Shown here: piece by piece, positions 1 to 10,077 of the stretch | How the letters are laid out: each line of letters begins with the position of its first letter | Numbering within the stretch: position 1 is the first letter of the stretch | Assembly (NCBI GenBank): GCA_945931475.1 | Contig: CAMEPD010000004.1 | Coordinates: 1-55,572, forward strand | Direction of reading: 5' to 3' | Origin: an uncultured Muribaculaceae bacterium | GTDB lineage: Bacteria > Bacteroidota > Bacteroidia > Bacteroidales > Muribaculaceae | Length of the DNA: 55,572 nt | Translations under genes and position numbers: made by a program | Notes under the pieces: model-generated | What the model saw: only the letters and a program-made list of their open reading frames with translations | The model's database searches: none | What the model was told of the DNA's origin: nothing

Positions 1-213
1 AACCAAAAAGCGGCCAAGGCGACGGTAATTTTAAAGTCCTTAAGCAGTTTCATAACAAACAATGAGGTTGAAAACAATAGCTACGCCTCGCGAAAATTTG
101 AGCGTCTTCAGAGTTATCACTCAGTCACATAGCCCGCTATGCTCCATCGTTCTAACTCTGAATCCGGCTCAAATTTTCGGCCGGAACGTTAACATTTGTT
201 TTTAAACACCCTC

Positions 214-954
214 TTATTGCAGTTTACGGTAGAATCTGCGTATGAGCCAGGCGTATACGCCGAGTAATGCCAATATCAGTACAGGCGATGACTTTACAAT
301 TATGTCCATCATCGTGGCGACCATCTTCGAATCATCAAAACTTCCATCGTCCATCGACATGAAAGCAACTGCCACACCGGCTACTATGGCAAGAATGATA
401 AAGACGCCGTAGCAGGCGAGCACCCGCAGGATGCCGTGAAGTATCGGATGACTCTTTTTAGTCACCACAGTGTAGACTATCAGCAGGTAAAGCACGCCTG
501 TAGAGAGTGTTGATACCGCCTGAACCAATACATATCTGAATCCCGACAGCGGCAGCGAGACCATTATCTGCTCAAACCGTGTGGGGGTGTCACTGAGGGC
601 CGACAGTACAATGAGTACCAGGCTTGACCAGAGCGTTTCGCAGACGATATACAATCCGAAAATCAGTGTCAGATAGAATGCCAGACGTTCAGAGGCCTTT
701 ACCGGCGCCAGGCGCATCACGGTTTTGTCGCCGATACCTAAGGTAAAGGGTAGAGCGATGATGGCGATAGCACATACAATGCTTACCAGAGAGGCAAACA
801 CTTCACCAGCAAACGAGAGTGCTACATTATTTAACACTGTGAATATCAACAAAAAAAGTATCTGCCAGCGCAGAATAGGCCAGTAAAGTTTAGAGTAGTC
901 GTAGACCCGGCGCCACGAAAATCGGTCGGTCGATGCGGTAGTTGCCATGTTCAT
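214..954 (-). CDS. ABC-2 type transporter permease (6-TM membrane protein)
   Basis: 246-aa very hydrophobic ORF with multiple predicted TM helices. Its start overlaps the stop of the upstream ATPase gene by 4 bp (ATGA), typical of a permease/ATPase pair. Confidence 0.6.
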   Translation of the reverse strand: MNMATTASTDRFSWRRVYDYSKLYWPILRWQILFLLIFTVLNNVALSFAGEVFASLVSIVCAIAIIALPFTLGIGDKTVMRLAPVKASERLAFYLTLIFGLYIVCETLWSSLVLIVLSALSDTPTRFEQIMVSLPLSGFRYVLVQAVSTLSTGVLYLLIVYTVVTKKSHPILHGILRVLACYGVFIILAIVAGVAVAFMSMDDGSFDDSKMVATMMDIIVKSSPVLILALLGVYAWLIRRFYRKLQ

Positions 955-1808
955 TTCTCGGTTTCGTTAGTAGTGACGGGGTGAATCATCCACGAAATCT
1001 CCTGTCCCTTCGGCGACATCAGTGCCGAGTAGAGCAGCGTGTAGTCGATATCGGTTGTCTCGCCGGTAGTATTGCGCACCAACGAGTGATAGATACCGGC
1101 GCTCTGCTCGTTGTAAATGGCGTCAGGCACAGGTAGTTGCGTGTGCCTGAATGAAATCTTTGAGGTTATCCGGGCGGAGGAGCTGCACATAGTCAGATGC
1201 CCCGACTGCATCACCATCAGTCCGTCGTAGAGTTCGCGCAGGTCGGCGATATTGTGGGTCGAGATAATCACAGTCTGGTCGGGTCCGACGCAGCGAGCCA
1301 TCATCTGGCGCATTACTTTCTTCGAGTCGATGTCAAGGCCGTTGGCCGGTTCGTCGAGCAACAGCAGGTCTACGCCAAGCGAGAGTGAATAGGCGATATA
1401 CGCTTTGCGCCGCTGGCCCAGCGACTGGTCGGCGAGTTTCTCCCGCCCCGTCAGGCCGAACGCCCGCAGGTTCTCGGCGAGCACTTCAGAACTGAAATTG
1501 GGGTAGAATCGGGCGTCGCATTTCGCCAGGGCTTCTATCGTTGCGGTCGGCACGGTCAGTGTGTCGGGCACGAAGAATATGCGGCGCAGCAGCGACGGCC
1601 GGCGCTCCTGCATCACGGCGCCGTCGAATGTGCAGTCGCCCTTGTCGGGGCGAAACAGGGTGGCTATCAGGTTCAGCAGGGTGGTCTTGCCGGCTCCGTT
1701 GGGGCCTAACAGCAACCATATTCCCGGCTCCACAACGCCTCGGGCATTGCTTACTGCCGGCGCGGTATGTTGCGTGTAGCTGTATGTTAAATCGTTGATG
1801 TGTAGCAT
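951..1808 (-). CDS. ABC transporter ATP-binding protein
   Basis: Walker A GPNGAGKTT, signature-like LSLGQRRK and Walker B LLLLDEP are visible in the translation; 285 aa. Confidence 0.85.
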   Translation of the reverse strand: MLHINDLTYSYTQHTAPAVSNARGVVEPGIWLLLGPNGAGKTTLLNLIATLFRPDKGDCTFDGAVMQERRPSLLRRIFFVPDTLTVPTATIEALAKCDARFYPNFSSEVLAENLRAFGLTGREKLADQSLGQRRKAYIAYSLSLGVDLLLLDEPANGLDIDSKKVMRQMMARCVGPDQTVIISTHNIADLRELYDGLMVMQSGHLTMCSSSARITSKISFRHTQLPVPDAIYNEQSAGIYHSLVRNTTGETTDIDYTLLYSALMSPKGQEISWMIHPVTTNETEK

Positions 1809-2044
1809 TTAGAGGCTGGTTAAAAATTAATTTTAACGTTCCGTTAAACGAGGATGATGCAAATTAGAATCATAACCACGCATGTAATGATGTTTTCTGC
1901 CATGGGGTTGTGGTTTGGGTGAATGTTTTGGTGTTGTAGTCATCTACAACACTACAAAGGTATGTCATCTTTTTCTATCTTTCCAAATAATTAACATATA
2001 TTAAGATTGTTGGGCGTGTTTTCTTCTCGCTCGGCGGCGTACTT

Positions 2045-4513
2045 TTGCTCCCTGAATATATTGCTTGTATTCGGTTTTGGAAACACACAATGAAAGTTTT
2101 TATTCAGAAAAACAGGGCCGGTTCGCGTCGAGGTGTGACGGCTCTTGCATTGAAAATTAGTAAGTTGGTTAATCTGCGCCGTGATGCCAATGACCCGGCG
2201 GTGTGGCGCCCGTCAGGCACACCGGCGCGCATCGCTGCCTCGGGCGCGTTGCCGCTGTTCACTTTTACGGTGATGGGTACGGGGCGAGACGTCACCCTAT
2301 GGGCCGACGGGCTGCAACTCTCGATGTCGACATCACCCGAAGGGAGCGGCGTGAATTTTGCGGCTGAACGTACCATGATTGGCCGATTGCCGGCCGAGCC
2401 GTTGCGTTTTTCCTCACCGTCAAACGCCATTGTGCGCATCGACATGAAATGGCACGCTCCGGCTTATCTGCTGTTCGACAGTGAGTTAAAAGCCATTCTC
2501 ACTGCCACGCGCCCGCGATTTCCGGCGCTGTCAATCCATGCGGTTAATCCCGCACTCCTGACGGCCCGTGCCGCCGGACGAAAACTCTCGGGAGCTTCCG
2601 ACGGTCGTAACCCCGGGACGCTTGCTCAGGCCGACAATCTACAGTTGGTTGACTCGGCACTGACGGCATACGGCGCGCTGAAGCTTCAGGCTGATGCTCT
2701 CGGACGCTTCATGCAACCGGTGCTTGCGCGATACCGTGTGCTTGGCCCGGAGGGCGAAACGCTGATATGCGGCCCGTGGACGATGCCTTCGGCTGCTGAT
2801 GGTCTGCAGTGTGTCGGCGGCGTGTCGTTCCCCTCGGCCGACAGCCTCGCTTCCGTGACAGATGCTACGCTTCAGGCGCGCTCTTATCTGTTGCAACTCA
2901 GCGAAATACCGGCACTCCCCGAACCGTGGGCCACCTTGGCGCGGCGTTTGGTGGTGGAGGTCTCGGAGCCGATTGACCCGGTTGATGAACAGGGCGCTGT
3001 AAGTCAAGGCTTTGTCGATGTTGACGTCACAGGCGGAGTCTCCTCTGCCCGGGTGTATCTGCCGGGATGTTCGGCCACACGTGCGGCCAATCCGGGCCTG
3101 TATTCACCGTTGGTAATCAATGCGTTGCGCCACGCCGTGGCTTCGCCGCGCGTGCTGCTCGGCATCGACCGTCCTTTCGACGGCCATACCGCCGAGGTGT
3201 TCGGCTCTTCGCCGGGCGTGTCAGCGCCGGTTTCGGCGCCTGCCCCGGAGTTCTCCTACTCTGCGATGTGTGCCGTGCCTGGCGGATGCTACGGCTTGAA
3301 TCCCAAGCGTTTAATGGAACTGCCTGCCTCCCCGGCGTCATACGGAACGACCGATTCCGAATCCACAGGCACGGTATCGCCGGCATGGTGCACGGTCGTG
3401 GAGATGAGCGGGGGCGCCGATGGTCGCCCGGTGGTGGAGGTGGCCGATTCAGCTGCGGCGTCCGGAGTGCTCCCGACGCAATTCTCGCCGCTGTTGACTG
3501 TACCCTACGAGAAGGCGGCGGCGCTCACGCTCTCGGTGCGGCTCTCCGACGGAACGTCCCGAAGTTGCAAATTTCCGCTCACACCTTTGACCGGGACCGG
3601 ATTGGCGTACTATCTCGCGCCTGACATGAAGCCGGTTACACTACCAGAAGGGGATTTTTCGGCAAAGGTGGCCAAGCCGACCGAAACCCCTGATGAGGGG
3701 GTGCTCCACTGGCTCGTTCCGGGCGAACTGCCACGCGTCGCACGTCCATGCGACAGTCATATCGTGCACCTCGAGATGGTGCCTCGCGCCGCCTCGGCAT
3801 GGGATTTTGCCCGCAGTAAGGTGCTGGTGTTCAGTGATTCGGGTATATGGCTGGCGACGTTCGACGCTTCGGGCGCTATGCGTGCGTCGGCTCTCCTCGA
3901 CGGTCGGCGAGTGGCTTCGCCGCAGTGTGTGGCGCGATGCACTACGGCCAAGGGTGCGGCGGTTGTGGCGATGGCCGGCAACTACCTCCTGCGCGTGCTC
4001 CCCTCGGGTACCGAAGCGCTGCTGCGTCTCTCCGACGTCGGCGCCATCGGCTGGGCTCCGGCGCATAATGAGCTGTGGCTCCGGCGAAAAGACACGTTGC
4101 TCCGCTACACATCTCAGGGCGATGTGGTTGAACTGCTTGCCGACGAGATTCAGGCCGACGGTGCCACAACTCTATATCCACACTCCGGTACTCTGTTCAT
4201 CGCTACATCCGACGGCCTGTTCGATACGGCGGCCGAACGAATGCCCGATGTCGTGCGGTGCCGGATGCGTCTGAAAGGGGAGCTCACCGCGCCGTTTGTC
4301 GGCGTCGAGGCCTTCCTGCTCGGTTCCGACGTCGTCGCCACGGTGAAAATCTCCGGCGACAATGGCACCGAAATTCCTGAACCGCTCTACACCTGCGCTA
4401 TTAACGGTCAGGTTAACACGCCTTTACGTCTGAAACCCCGCATCCCGCGACGCCGGTTCATTGCTCTTGAAGCCGACGGCCGTTTCTCCCCCGATTCGGT
4501 CATCCGTCCCTGA
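2045..4513 (+). CDS. hypothetical protein (large orphan ORF; true start may be ~2090 MKVFIQ...)
   Basis: 822-aa uninterrupted ORF with no recognisable motifs. It is bracketed by an AT-rich promoter-like region (1809-2044) and a strong hairpin terminator (4533-4560). Opposite-strand ORFs inside it are short. Confidence 0.5.
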   Translation: MLPEYIACIRFWKHTMKVFIQKNRAGSRRGVTALALKISKLVNLRRDANDPAVWRPSGTPARIAASGALPLFTFTVMGTGRDVTLWADGLQLSMSTSPEGSGVNFAAERTMIGRLPAEPLRFSSPSNAIVRIDMKWHAPAYLLFDSELKAILTATRPRFPALSIHAVNPALLTARAAGRKLSGASDGRNPGTLAQADNLQLVDSALTAYGALKLQADALGRFMQPVLARYRVLGPEGETLICGPWTMPSAADGLQCVGGVSFPSADSLASVTDATLQARSYLLQLSEIPALPEPWATLARRLVVEVSEPIDPVDEQGAVSQGFVDVDVTGGVSSARVYLPGCSATRAANPGLYSPLVINALRHAVASPRVLLGIDRPFDGHTAEVFGSSPGVSAPVSAPAPEFSYSAMCAVPGGCYGLNPKRLMELPASPASYGTTDSESTGTVSPAWCTVVEMSGGADGRPVVEVADSAAASGVLPTQFSPLLTVPYEKAAALTLSVRLSDGTSRSCKFPLTPLTGTGLAYYLAPDMKPVTLPEGDFSAKVAKPTETPDEGVLHWLVPGELPRVARPCDSHIVHLEMVPRAASAWDFARSKVLVFSDSGIWLATFDASGAMRASALLDGRRVASPQCVARCTTAKGAAVVAMAGNYLLRVLPSGTEALLRLSDVGAIGWAPAHNELWLRRKDTLLRYTSQGDVVELLADEIQADGATTLYPHSGTLFIATSDGLFDTAAERMPDVVRCRMRLKGELTAPFVGVEAFLLGSDVVATVKISGDNGTEIPEPLYTCAINGQVNTPLRLKPRIPRRRFIALEADGRFSPDSVIRP

Positions 4514-4532
4514 TTCCCATTCATTTCTATAC

Positions 4533-4560
4533 AAAAAACGGCCCTCACGGGCCGTTTTTG
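4533..4560. terminator. bidirectional rho-independent terminator (AACGGCCC-tcac-GGGCCGTT flanked by A-run and T-run)
   Basis: Perfect 8-bp GC-rich stem with a 4-nt loop, AAAAAA upstream and TTTTT downstream. It sits between the convergent 822-aa ORF and the prenyl synthase gene. Confidence 0.65.
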
Positions 4561-4581
4561 GGGTTTCTAATTTCTCAATAA

Positions 4582-5568
4582 TCATTTATTACGTTCAATA
4601 ACGTGACGAATGAGCGCTACAAACGCATCGCGCGCTTCGCACTCCTCGGGGAATGTTTCATACAGTTTTTGCTCGGCGGCCTCGGCCAGGTGCTCCATTT
4701 TCGAGCGGGCGTACTCGATACCGCCGTTATTCACGGCAAAGGCTATAAGCTGCTCTATTTCAGCGGTTTCCAGCGAATCTTTCGCCGCCAAGGCACACAT
4801 CTCCCCGTGCTGCGCAAGTGACTCGTCCTCAAGCACATGGAGCAGCGGTAGGGTGATTTTACCCTCGCGCAGGTCGTTGCCGGTAGGTTTTCCGATGGTG
4901 GTGTCGGCGTAATAGTCGAAAATATCGTCGCGAATCTGGAAACAGAGGCCTAAAAGCCGCGCATATTCGCGCAGCGCCTCGAGGCGCGGGTCGCCCTCGT
5001 TGATGCCGGCTGCGAAGGCTCCGATTTCCACACACGAGATGAACAGCGACGCCGTTTTGCGGTAGATGATGTCGAAATATGCGGCCTCGCCGGCCGACCC
5101 TTCGCGTGCGGTATAAATTTCGTCGAGTTCGCCAATCGACAGCAACCGTCCAAGGTGCGATATCGACTGCACTACCCTGATATCACCGGTGCTCACGCTC
5201 TGCAGCAGGGCGCTCGACAGAAAAAAATCGCCGACCAATACGGCCAGATGGTTGTCCCAGAGCCCGTTGATTGTCGGTTTGTCGCGGCGTATCTTTGTGT
5301 CGTCGACCACGTCGTCGTGTATCAGTGAGGCGTTGTGGAGCAGCTCCACTGCTGCCGCACCGTGCATGGTGGTAGAGTTCACGCTCCCGAGAAGGCGCCC
5401 GGCCAGAAGCACCAAAATAGGGCGTATCTGCTTCCCCTTGCTCTCGAGGTAAGTGGCTATGACGCTGTTCATCAGCTTGTTGGGCGACATCAAGGCGCGC
5501 TCAATCAGTGCGTTCAACTGGTTGAGGTCGGGGGCCAGAGTATGCTGTATTTTCTGAAACGGCGTCAT
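4582..5568 (-). CDS. ispB: polyprenyl diphosphate synthase (IspB/all-trans-octaprenyl-diphosphate synthase family)
   Basis: First DDxxD motif (LIHDDVVDD) and second motif (FQIRDDIFDY) of trans-isoprenyl diphosphate synthases; 328 aa. Confidence 0.85.
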   Translation of the reverse strand: MTPFQKIQHTLAPDLNQLNALIERALMSPNKLMNSVIATYLESKGKQIRPILVLLAGRLLGSVNSTTMHGAAAVELLHNASLIHDDVVDDTKIRRDKPTINGLWDNHLAVLVGDFFLSSALLQSVSTGDIRVVQSISHLGRLLSIGELDEIYTAREGSAGEAAYFDIIYRKTASLFISCVEIGAFAAGINEGDPRLEALREYARLLGLCFQIRDDIFDYYADTTIGKPTGNDLREGKITLPLLHVLEDESLAQHGEMCALAAKDSLETAEIEQLIAFAVNNGGIEYARSKMEHLAEAAEQKLYETFPEECEARDAFVALIRHVIERNK

Positions 5569-5855
5569 TCTGCTGAAAAATAGCTCTTATCCGGGCTGCG
5601 GCGTCGGGCGCCGCTTTGTGCGAAATTATCTGCAAAATTACATCTTTTTTATAAATTGCCAAAGTCTGAGCCTCATATTTGCTCGTCATCAACCCGGCAT
5701 GTGCCTTTATTGTAAAAAATAGTGAAAAATTTGCCTGTGAAGTCGGCTTAAGTTAATTTTGCAGGTTGAAAGCGTATGAACGCACGGAACCTCAACGCCC
5801 CGGGCTGCCCGGCGGCATCGGATTCCATTCTTATCCACGGCTCAAAATGTCCGGA

Positions 5856-8800
5856 ATGAAAAAATACAACTTAATAAACAACGTCCTCGGTTGGTTCTGC
5901 TTCCTTGTGGCTGCCGTCACATATCTGCTTACAGTCGAACCCACTGCCAGTTTCTGGGATTGTCCCGAATTTATCGCACAGGGTACCAAACTCGAAGTGG
6001 GACACCCGCCGGGCAACCCTATCTTCATGCTCGCCGCCCGCTTCTTCGTCAATTTCGCCGGCGGCGACATGACCAAGGCCGCCCTCATGGTCAACTCCAT
6101 GTCGGCCCTCCTCTCAGCCGGTACTATCCTGCTGCTGTTCTGGACTATAACCCATCTGGTAAAACGCCTGTTGGTCAAGGATGACGCCGGTTCTGTCTCG
6201 CTCGGCAAGATGATTGCTATCTTCGGGTCGGGCATCTGCGGCGCCCTGGCCTACACCTGGAGCGACACCTTCTGGTTCTCGGCCGTCGAGGGCGAGGTCT
6301 ACGCTTTCTCGTCGTTCTGTACAGCCCTGGTTTTCTGGCTGATTCTCAAATGGGAGAACCGTGCCGACCAGCCTCACAGCGACCGCTACCTGGTGCTCAT
6401 CGCCTATGTTATCGGCGTCTCGATTGCCGTGCACCTGCTCAACTTGCTCTGTATCCCGGCAATCGTACTGGTGATTTATTACCGTAAGTTCAAGAATGTC
6501 ACCGCCACAGGCTCGCTGATTGCCATCTGCGTGGCAGCAGCCATCGTGGCCCTGATTCTCTACGGCCTCGTGCCGGGATTCATCGAGATGGCCGGCGACT
6601 TCGAAATATTCTTCGTCAACACCCTCGGTGCGTCATATAATATAGGTGTGCTCATTTACGCGCTGATATTCGTGGCCGTGGGCGTGTGGTGCGTCATTTC
6701 GCTCTACCGCCAGCGTTCGGCCAACGCCATCCGTTGGTCGTTCCTGCTCACCGTCATTCTTTCGGGCATCCCCTTCATCGGCAGCTCGTGGGCAATCCCC
6801 GTGGTGCTCATCGGCGCCCTGGCCGTATATCTGTGGGCCGTCAAAAAGCTCTCGGTACGTATCCTCACGGTCTCGGCCCTCAGCATTATGGTGATTTTCG
6901 CCGGATATTCTTCCTATGCCTTGCTGCTCATACGCTCCACGGCCAACCCGCCGATGAATCAGAACGCCCCCGACAACGTATTCGACCTCTCGTCGTATCT
7001 CAGCCGCGAACAGTACGGCGAGACCCCGCTGCTCTACGGCCAGACCTTCACATCAACCGTGCAGCGTCAGCTTGACGACAACGGCGATTACTCCTACGCC
7101 AAGGAGTCGGGCAAGGACATCATGAGCAAAGTGGTGAAGGACAACCCCTCCGACCCCGACAGGTATGTGGTTGCACGTCAGGAGACTAAATACAAGATGG
7201 TGCCTCAGATGCTCTTCCCCCGAATGTACTCCACCCAGCCTTCGCACCAGAGCAACTATATGGCGTGGATCGGCATCAACGAGGGAGACCTCGCCCAGGT
7301 GGAAGCACCCCTCGTAGTGGATAAGGAGGGCAACACCGTCACCGAAACCACCCTGCCGCGACCCACGTTCCTCCAGAACCTGCAGTACTTCATGGTTTAC
7401 CAGCTCAACTATATGTACTGGCGCTACTTCATGTGGAACTTTGCCGGCCGCCAGAACGACCTGGCCGGTCAGGGCGAAGTGAACCGCGGCAACTGGATTT
7501 CGGGAATCCCCGTTATAGACAACGCACGCCTGGGCGACCAGAGCCTCCTCCCCGACGAGTACGGCAAGGGCAACAAGGGCCATAACGTGTTCTACATGCT
7601 ACCGCTGCTGATGGGTATCCTCGGCCTCTCGTGGCAGGCTTTCCGCGGCCCCAAGGGCATCGAGCAGTTCTGGGTGATATTCTTCTTCTTCTTCATGACG
7701 GGTATCGCCATTGTGCTCTACCTCAACCAGCCGCCGTTGCAGCCGCGTGAACGCGACTACGCTTTCGCCGGGTCGTTCTACGCCTTTGCAATATGGATAG
7801 GCATGGGTGTGGCCGCCCTGCAGGGCATACTTAACGCGCTTTTCTGCAAGGAGAAGAAGCCCGCTCCCAAAGCAGCCACAGCCGCCGCCAACGCTGCTGA
7901 CGCCGCTTCCGCCAAGGACCCCGACGCTTCGAAAAAACTCATCTTCGCGTGCATCGCCGCCGCTGTCGGCATCATCGTGCCCCTGCAGATGGTGTCCCAG
8001 ACCTGGGACGACCACGACCGCTCGGGACGTTACACCACCCGCGACTTCGGTATGAACTACCTCTCGTCGGTCGACCGGAACGGCATAATCTTCACCAACG
8101 GCGATAACGATACCTTCCCCCTGTGGTACGCCCAGGAGGTTGAAGGCTATCGCACTGACGTGCGCGTGGTCAACCTCTCGTACCTCACCACCGACTGGTA
8201 TGCCAATCAGATGCGCATCGCCACCGACGGCGCCGCCGGCATCCCCTTCTCGGCTTCGCCGAAGGATTACGCCTACGACCGCCTGCAGTACTCGTTCTAC
8301 GACACGCCCGACAGCATCACCGATGCCGTGTCGGTCGACACCGCGCTCGACGACCTCTACCATTCGCCTACGGCCCTCTATCAGGGCTCGCGTCTGATGC
8401 GCAACCCCGTGATGTATATGCCTGCCAACGCTCAGGCTGCCGTCAAAGCCGGCGTCATCAGCCGACGCGAACTCCCCGCTGCCGAGGAGGCCATCACCGT
8501 TGATCTGCTCTCCGACCCCTTCAACCAGTCGAGCGGAATCACTCTCAGCCAGGCTCTCAGCCTCGACATGATCAACACCCAGATCAAGAACGGCTGGAAC
8601 AGACCGGCTTACTTCGCCATGACTGTTCCCGAGGAGTATTACCTCTCGCTGTCGCCCTATATGCGCAACACCGGCCTCGCCTACCAGGTGTCGCCGCTGC
8701 GCAATCCCGAGGCCGGACAGGCCGGAATGCGCACATGGACCGCTACCGACAAGATGTACAAGAACGTCACCGAGAAGTTCCGCTGGGGCGGCATCGACAA

Positions 8801-9380
8801 GGCCAAGGACGGCAATATCTACCTCGACGAGACGGTGCGCCGCATGGTCACCACCCACCGCTCGGCTATGGCCGACCTCGCTTCGGCCCTCTACCTCGAG
8901 GGGTACGACGCCACTCATCCCGCCGATTCGACCGGCGCTAAGCGGCCCGTCACCGAGGCCGACAAGGCTTTCGCTGCCGACCGCTACAAGAAGGCTGTGA
9001 CTATCCTTGACCTCATCGGCGAGAAACTCCCCACCTCTGTGGCGCCCTACTCCATCCAGATTGGTGAACAGATCGGCCGCACATATATGTTCCTCGCCGG
9101 CGAGACCGGCAACAAGGCCTTGAACGACAAGGCTCTGGCTATCTTCCGCGACGAACTCCTCCGCTACGGTAAGTATCTGCCCTACTTCAACGACCTGCAG
9201 CGCCGTGCCGACGGCAGTTTCACGGGCCTTAGCGCTGCCGACCGCTATGTGCCGACCTACATCTATTACCTCCTGCAGGATTACACCGACGCCGGAGGCG
9301 ATACCGAGAAGCTGGCACGCGAATTCAGCGCCCGAGGCATCAATATCAACGATATCCAGCGCTATCTGCCCTCGGAATAA
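5856..9380 (+). CDS. DUF2723 family membrane protein (GT-C-like, protein O-mannosyltransferase-related); ORF opens at 5766 but MKKYNLINNVLGW at 5856 is the likely start
   Basis: N-terminus MKKYNLINNVLGWFCFLVA...TASFWDCPEF...GHPPGNP is characteristic of Bacteroidota DUF2723 proteins. There are many TM helices in the first ~650 aa and a large soluble C-terminal half. Confidence 0.75.
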   Translation: MKKYNLINNVLGWFCFLVAAVTYLLTVEPTASFWDCPEFIAQGTKLEVGHPPGNPIFMLAARFFVNFAGGDMTKAALMVNSMSALLSAGTILLLFWTITHLVKRLLVKDDAGSVSLGKMIAIFGSGICGALAYTWSDTFWFSAVEGEVYAFSSFCTALVFWLILKWENRADQPHSDRYLVLIAYVIGVSIAVHLLNLLCIPAIVLVIYYRKFKNVTATGSLIAICVAAAIVALILYGLVPGFIEMAGDFEIFFVNTLGASYNIGVLIYALIFVAVGVWCVISLYRQRSANAIRWSFLLTVILSGIPFIGSSWAIPVVLIGALAVYLWAVKKLSVRILTVSALSIMVIFAGYSSYALLLIRSTANPPMNQNAPDNVFDLSSYLSREQYGETPLLYGQTFTSTVQRQLDDNGDYSYAKESGKDIMSKVVKDNPSDPDRYVVARQETKYKMVPQMLFPRMYSTQPSHQSNYMAWIGINEGDLAQVEAPLVVDKEGNTVTETTLPRPTFLQNLQYFMVYQLNYMYWRYFMWNFAGRQNDLAGQGEVNRGNWISGIPVIDNARLGDQSLLPDEYGKGNKGHNVFYMLPLLMGILGLSWQAFRGPKGIEQFWVIFFFFFMTGIAIVLYLNQPPLQPRERDYAFAGSFYAFAIWIGMGVAALQGILNALFCKEKKPAPKAATAAANAADAASAKDPDASKKLIFACIAAAVGIIVPLQMVSQTWDDHDRSGRYTTRDFGMNYLSSVDRNGIIFTNGDNDTFPLWYAQEVEGYRTDVRVVNLSYLTTDWYANQMRIATDGAAGIPFSASPKDYAYDRLQYSFYDTPDSITDAVSVDTALDDLYHSPTALYQGSRLMRNPVMYMPANAQAAVKAGVISRRELPAAEEAITVDLLSDPFNQSSGITLSQALSLDMINTQIKNGWNRPAYFAMTVPEEYYLSLSPYMRNTGLAYQVSPLRNPEAGQAGMRTWTATDKMYKNVTEKFRWGGIDKAKDGNIYLDETVRRMVTTHRSAMADLASALYLEGYDATHPADSTGAKRPVTEADKAFAADRYKKAVTILDLIGEKLPTSVAPYSIQIGEQIGRTYMFLAGETGNKALNDKALAIFRDELLRYGKYLPYFNDLQRRADGSFTGLSAADRYVPTYIYYLLQDYTDAGGDTEKLAREFSARGININDIQRYLPSE

Positions 9381-9449
9381 GAGGCTGTTTAACATTTATT
9401 TTTAAACAGCCTCTTAAACAGCCTGTAAGAGGTTGACAAACTCTAAGTT

Positions 9450-10067
9450 ATGCTCATCGAACGACCGCCGCTGCTCTACCGAATGCTCTTCCCCGAAGGC
9501 GTATGGCGCCTCAAGCGAAAGGGCATGAAGGTAGTGTACCTCACTTTCGACGACGGCCCCATCCCCGAGGTCACCCCCTGGGTGCTCGACACGCTCGACA
9601 GGTACGGCATAAAGGCCACATTCTTTATGGTCGGCGACAACGTGGCGCGTAATCCCGAGCTCTTCCGGGAGGTGAAACGGCGCGGTCATTCCTACGGCAA
9701 CCACACCATGCATCATCTTCAGGGCATGAAGGTCACGTCGTACCGGTATATGCACGACATCACCGAGGCTAACGACCTGATTGACTCACCGCTTTTCCGC
9801 CCTCCGCACGGCATCATCCGCTGGGCGCAGGCCCGCGCCATCAAGGACCGATACAACATCATCCTCTACGACCTGGTGACCCGCGACTATTCCAGCAAAC
9901 TCTCGCCCGAGCAAGTGATGCAGAACGTGCGCCGCTACGTCCGCAACGGCTCAATAATCGTGTTCCACGACTCGCTCAAGGCCGAGAAAAACATGAAGGC
10001 CGTCCTCCCCCGCGCCATCGAATACCTGCTCTCGCTCGGCTATTCGTTCGAGCCGATTCCCATGTAA
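9450..10067 (+). CDS. polysaccharide deacetylase (NodB/CE4 family)
   Basis: Catalytic NodB motif VYLTFDDGP; conserved His motifs HSYGNHTMHH; 205 aa. Confidence 0.8.
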   Translation: MLIERPPLLYRMLFPEGVWRLKRKGMKVVYLTFDDGPIPEVTPWVLDTLDRYGIKATFFMVGDNVARNPELFREVKRRGHSYGNHTMHHLQGMKVTSYRYMHDITEANDLIDSPLFRPPHGIIRWAQARAIKDRYNIILYDLVTRDYSSKLSPEQVMQNVRRYVRNGSIIVFHDSLKAEKNMKAVLPRAIEYLLSLGYSFEPIPM

Positions 10068-10077
10068 TACCCCCGGC

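Noticed and set aside
3067-4274. 185-193-aa alternative-frame ORFs inside the 822-aa orphan ORF
   Set aside because: Shorter, Arg/Cys-rich, and nested. The long frame is the better candidate, although the whole region remains of uncertain coding status.
7599-9395. 598-aa minus-strand ORF antisense to the DUF2723 gene
   Set aside because: Low-complexity Gly/Ala/Val/Arg-rich translation typical of antisense frames in GC-rich coding DNA; it is entirely contained in a better-supported gene.
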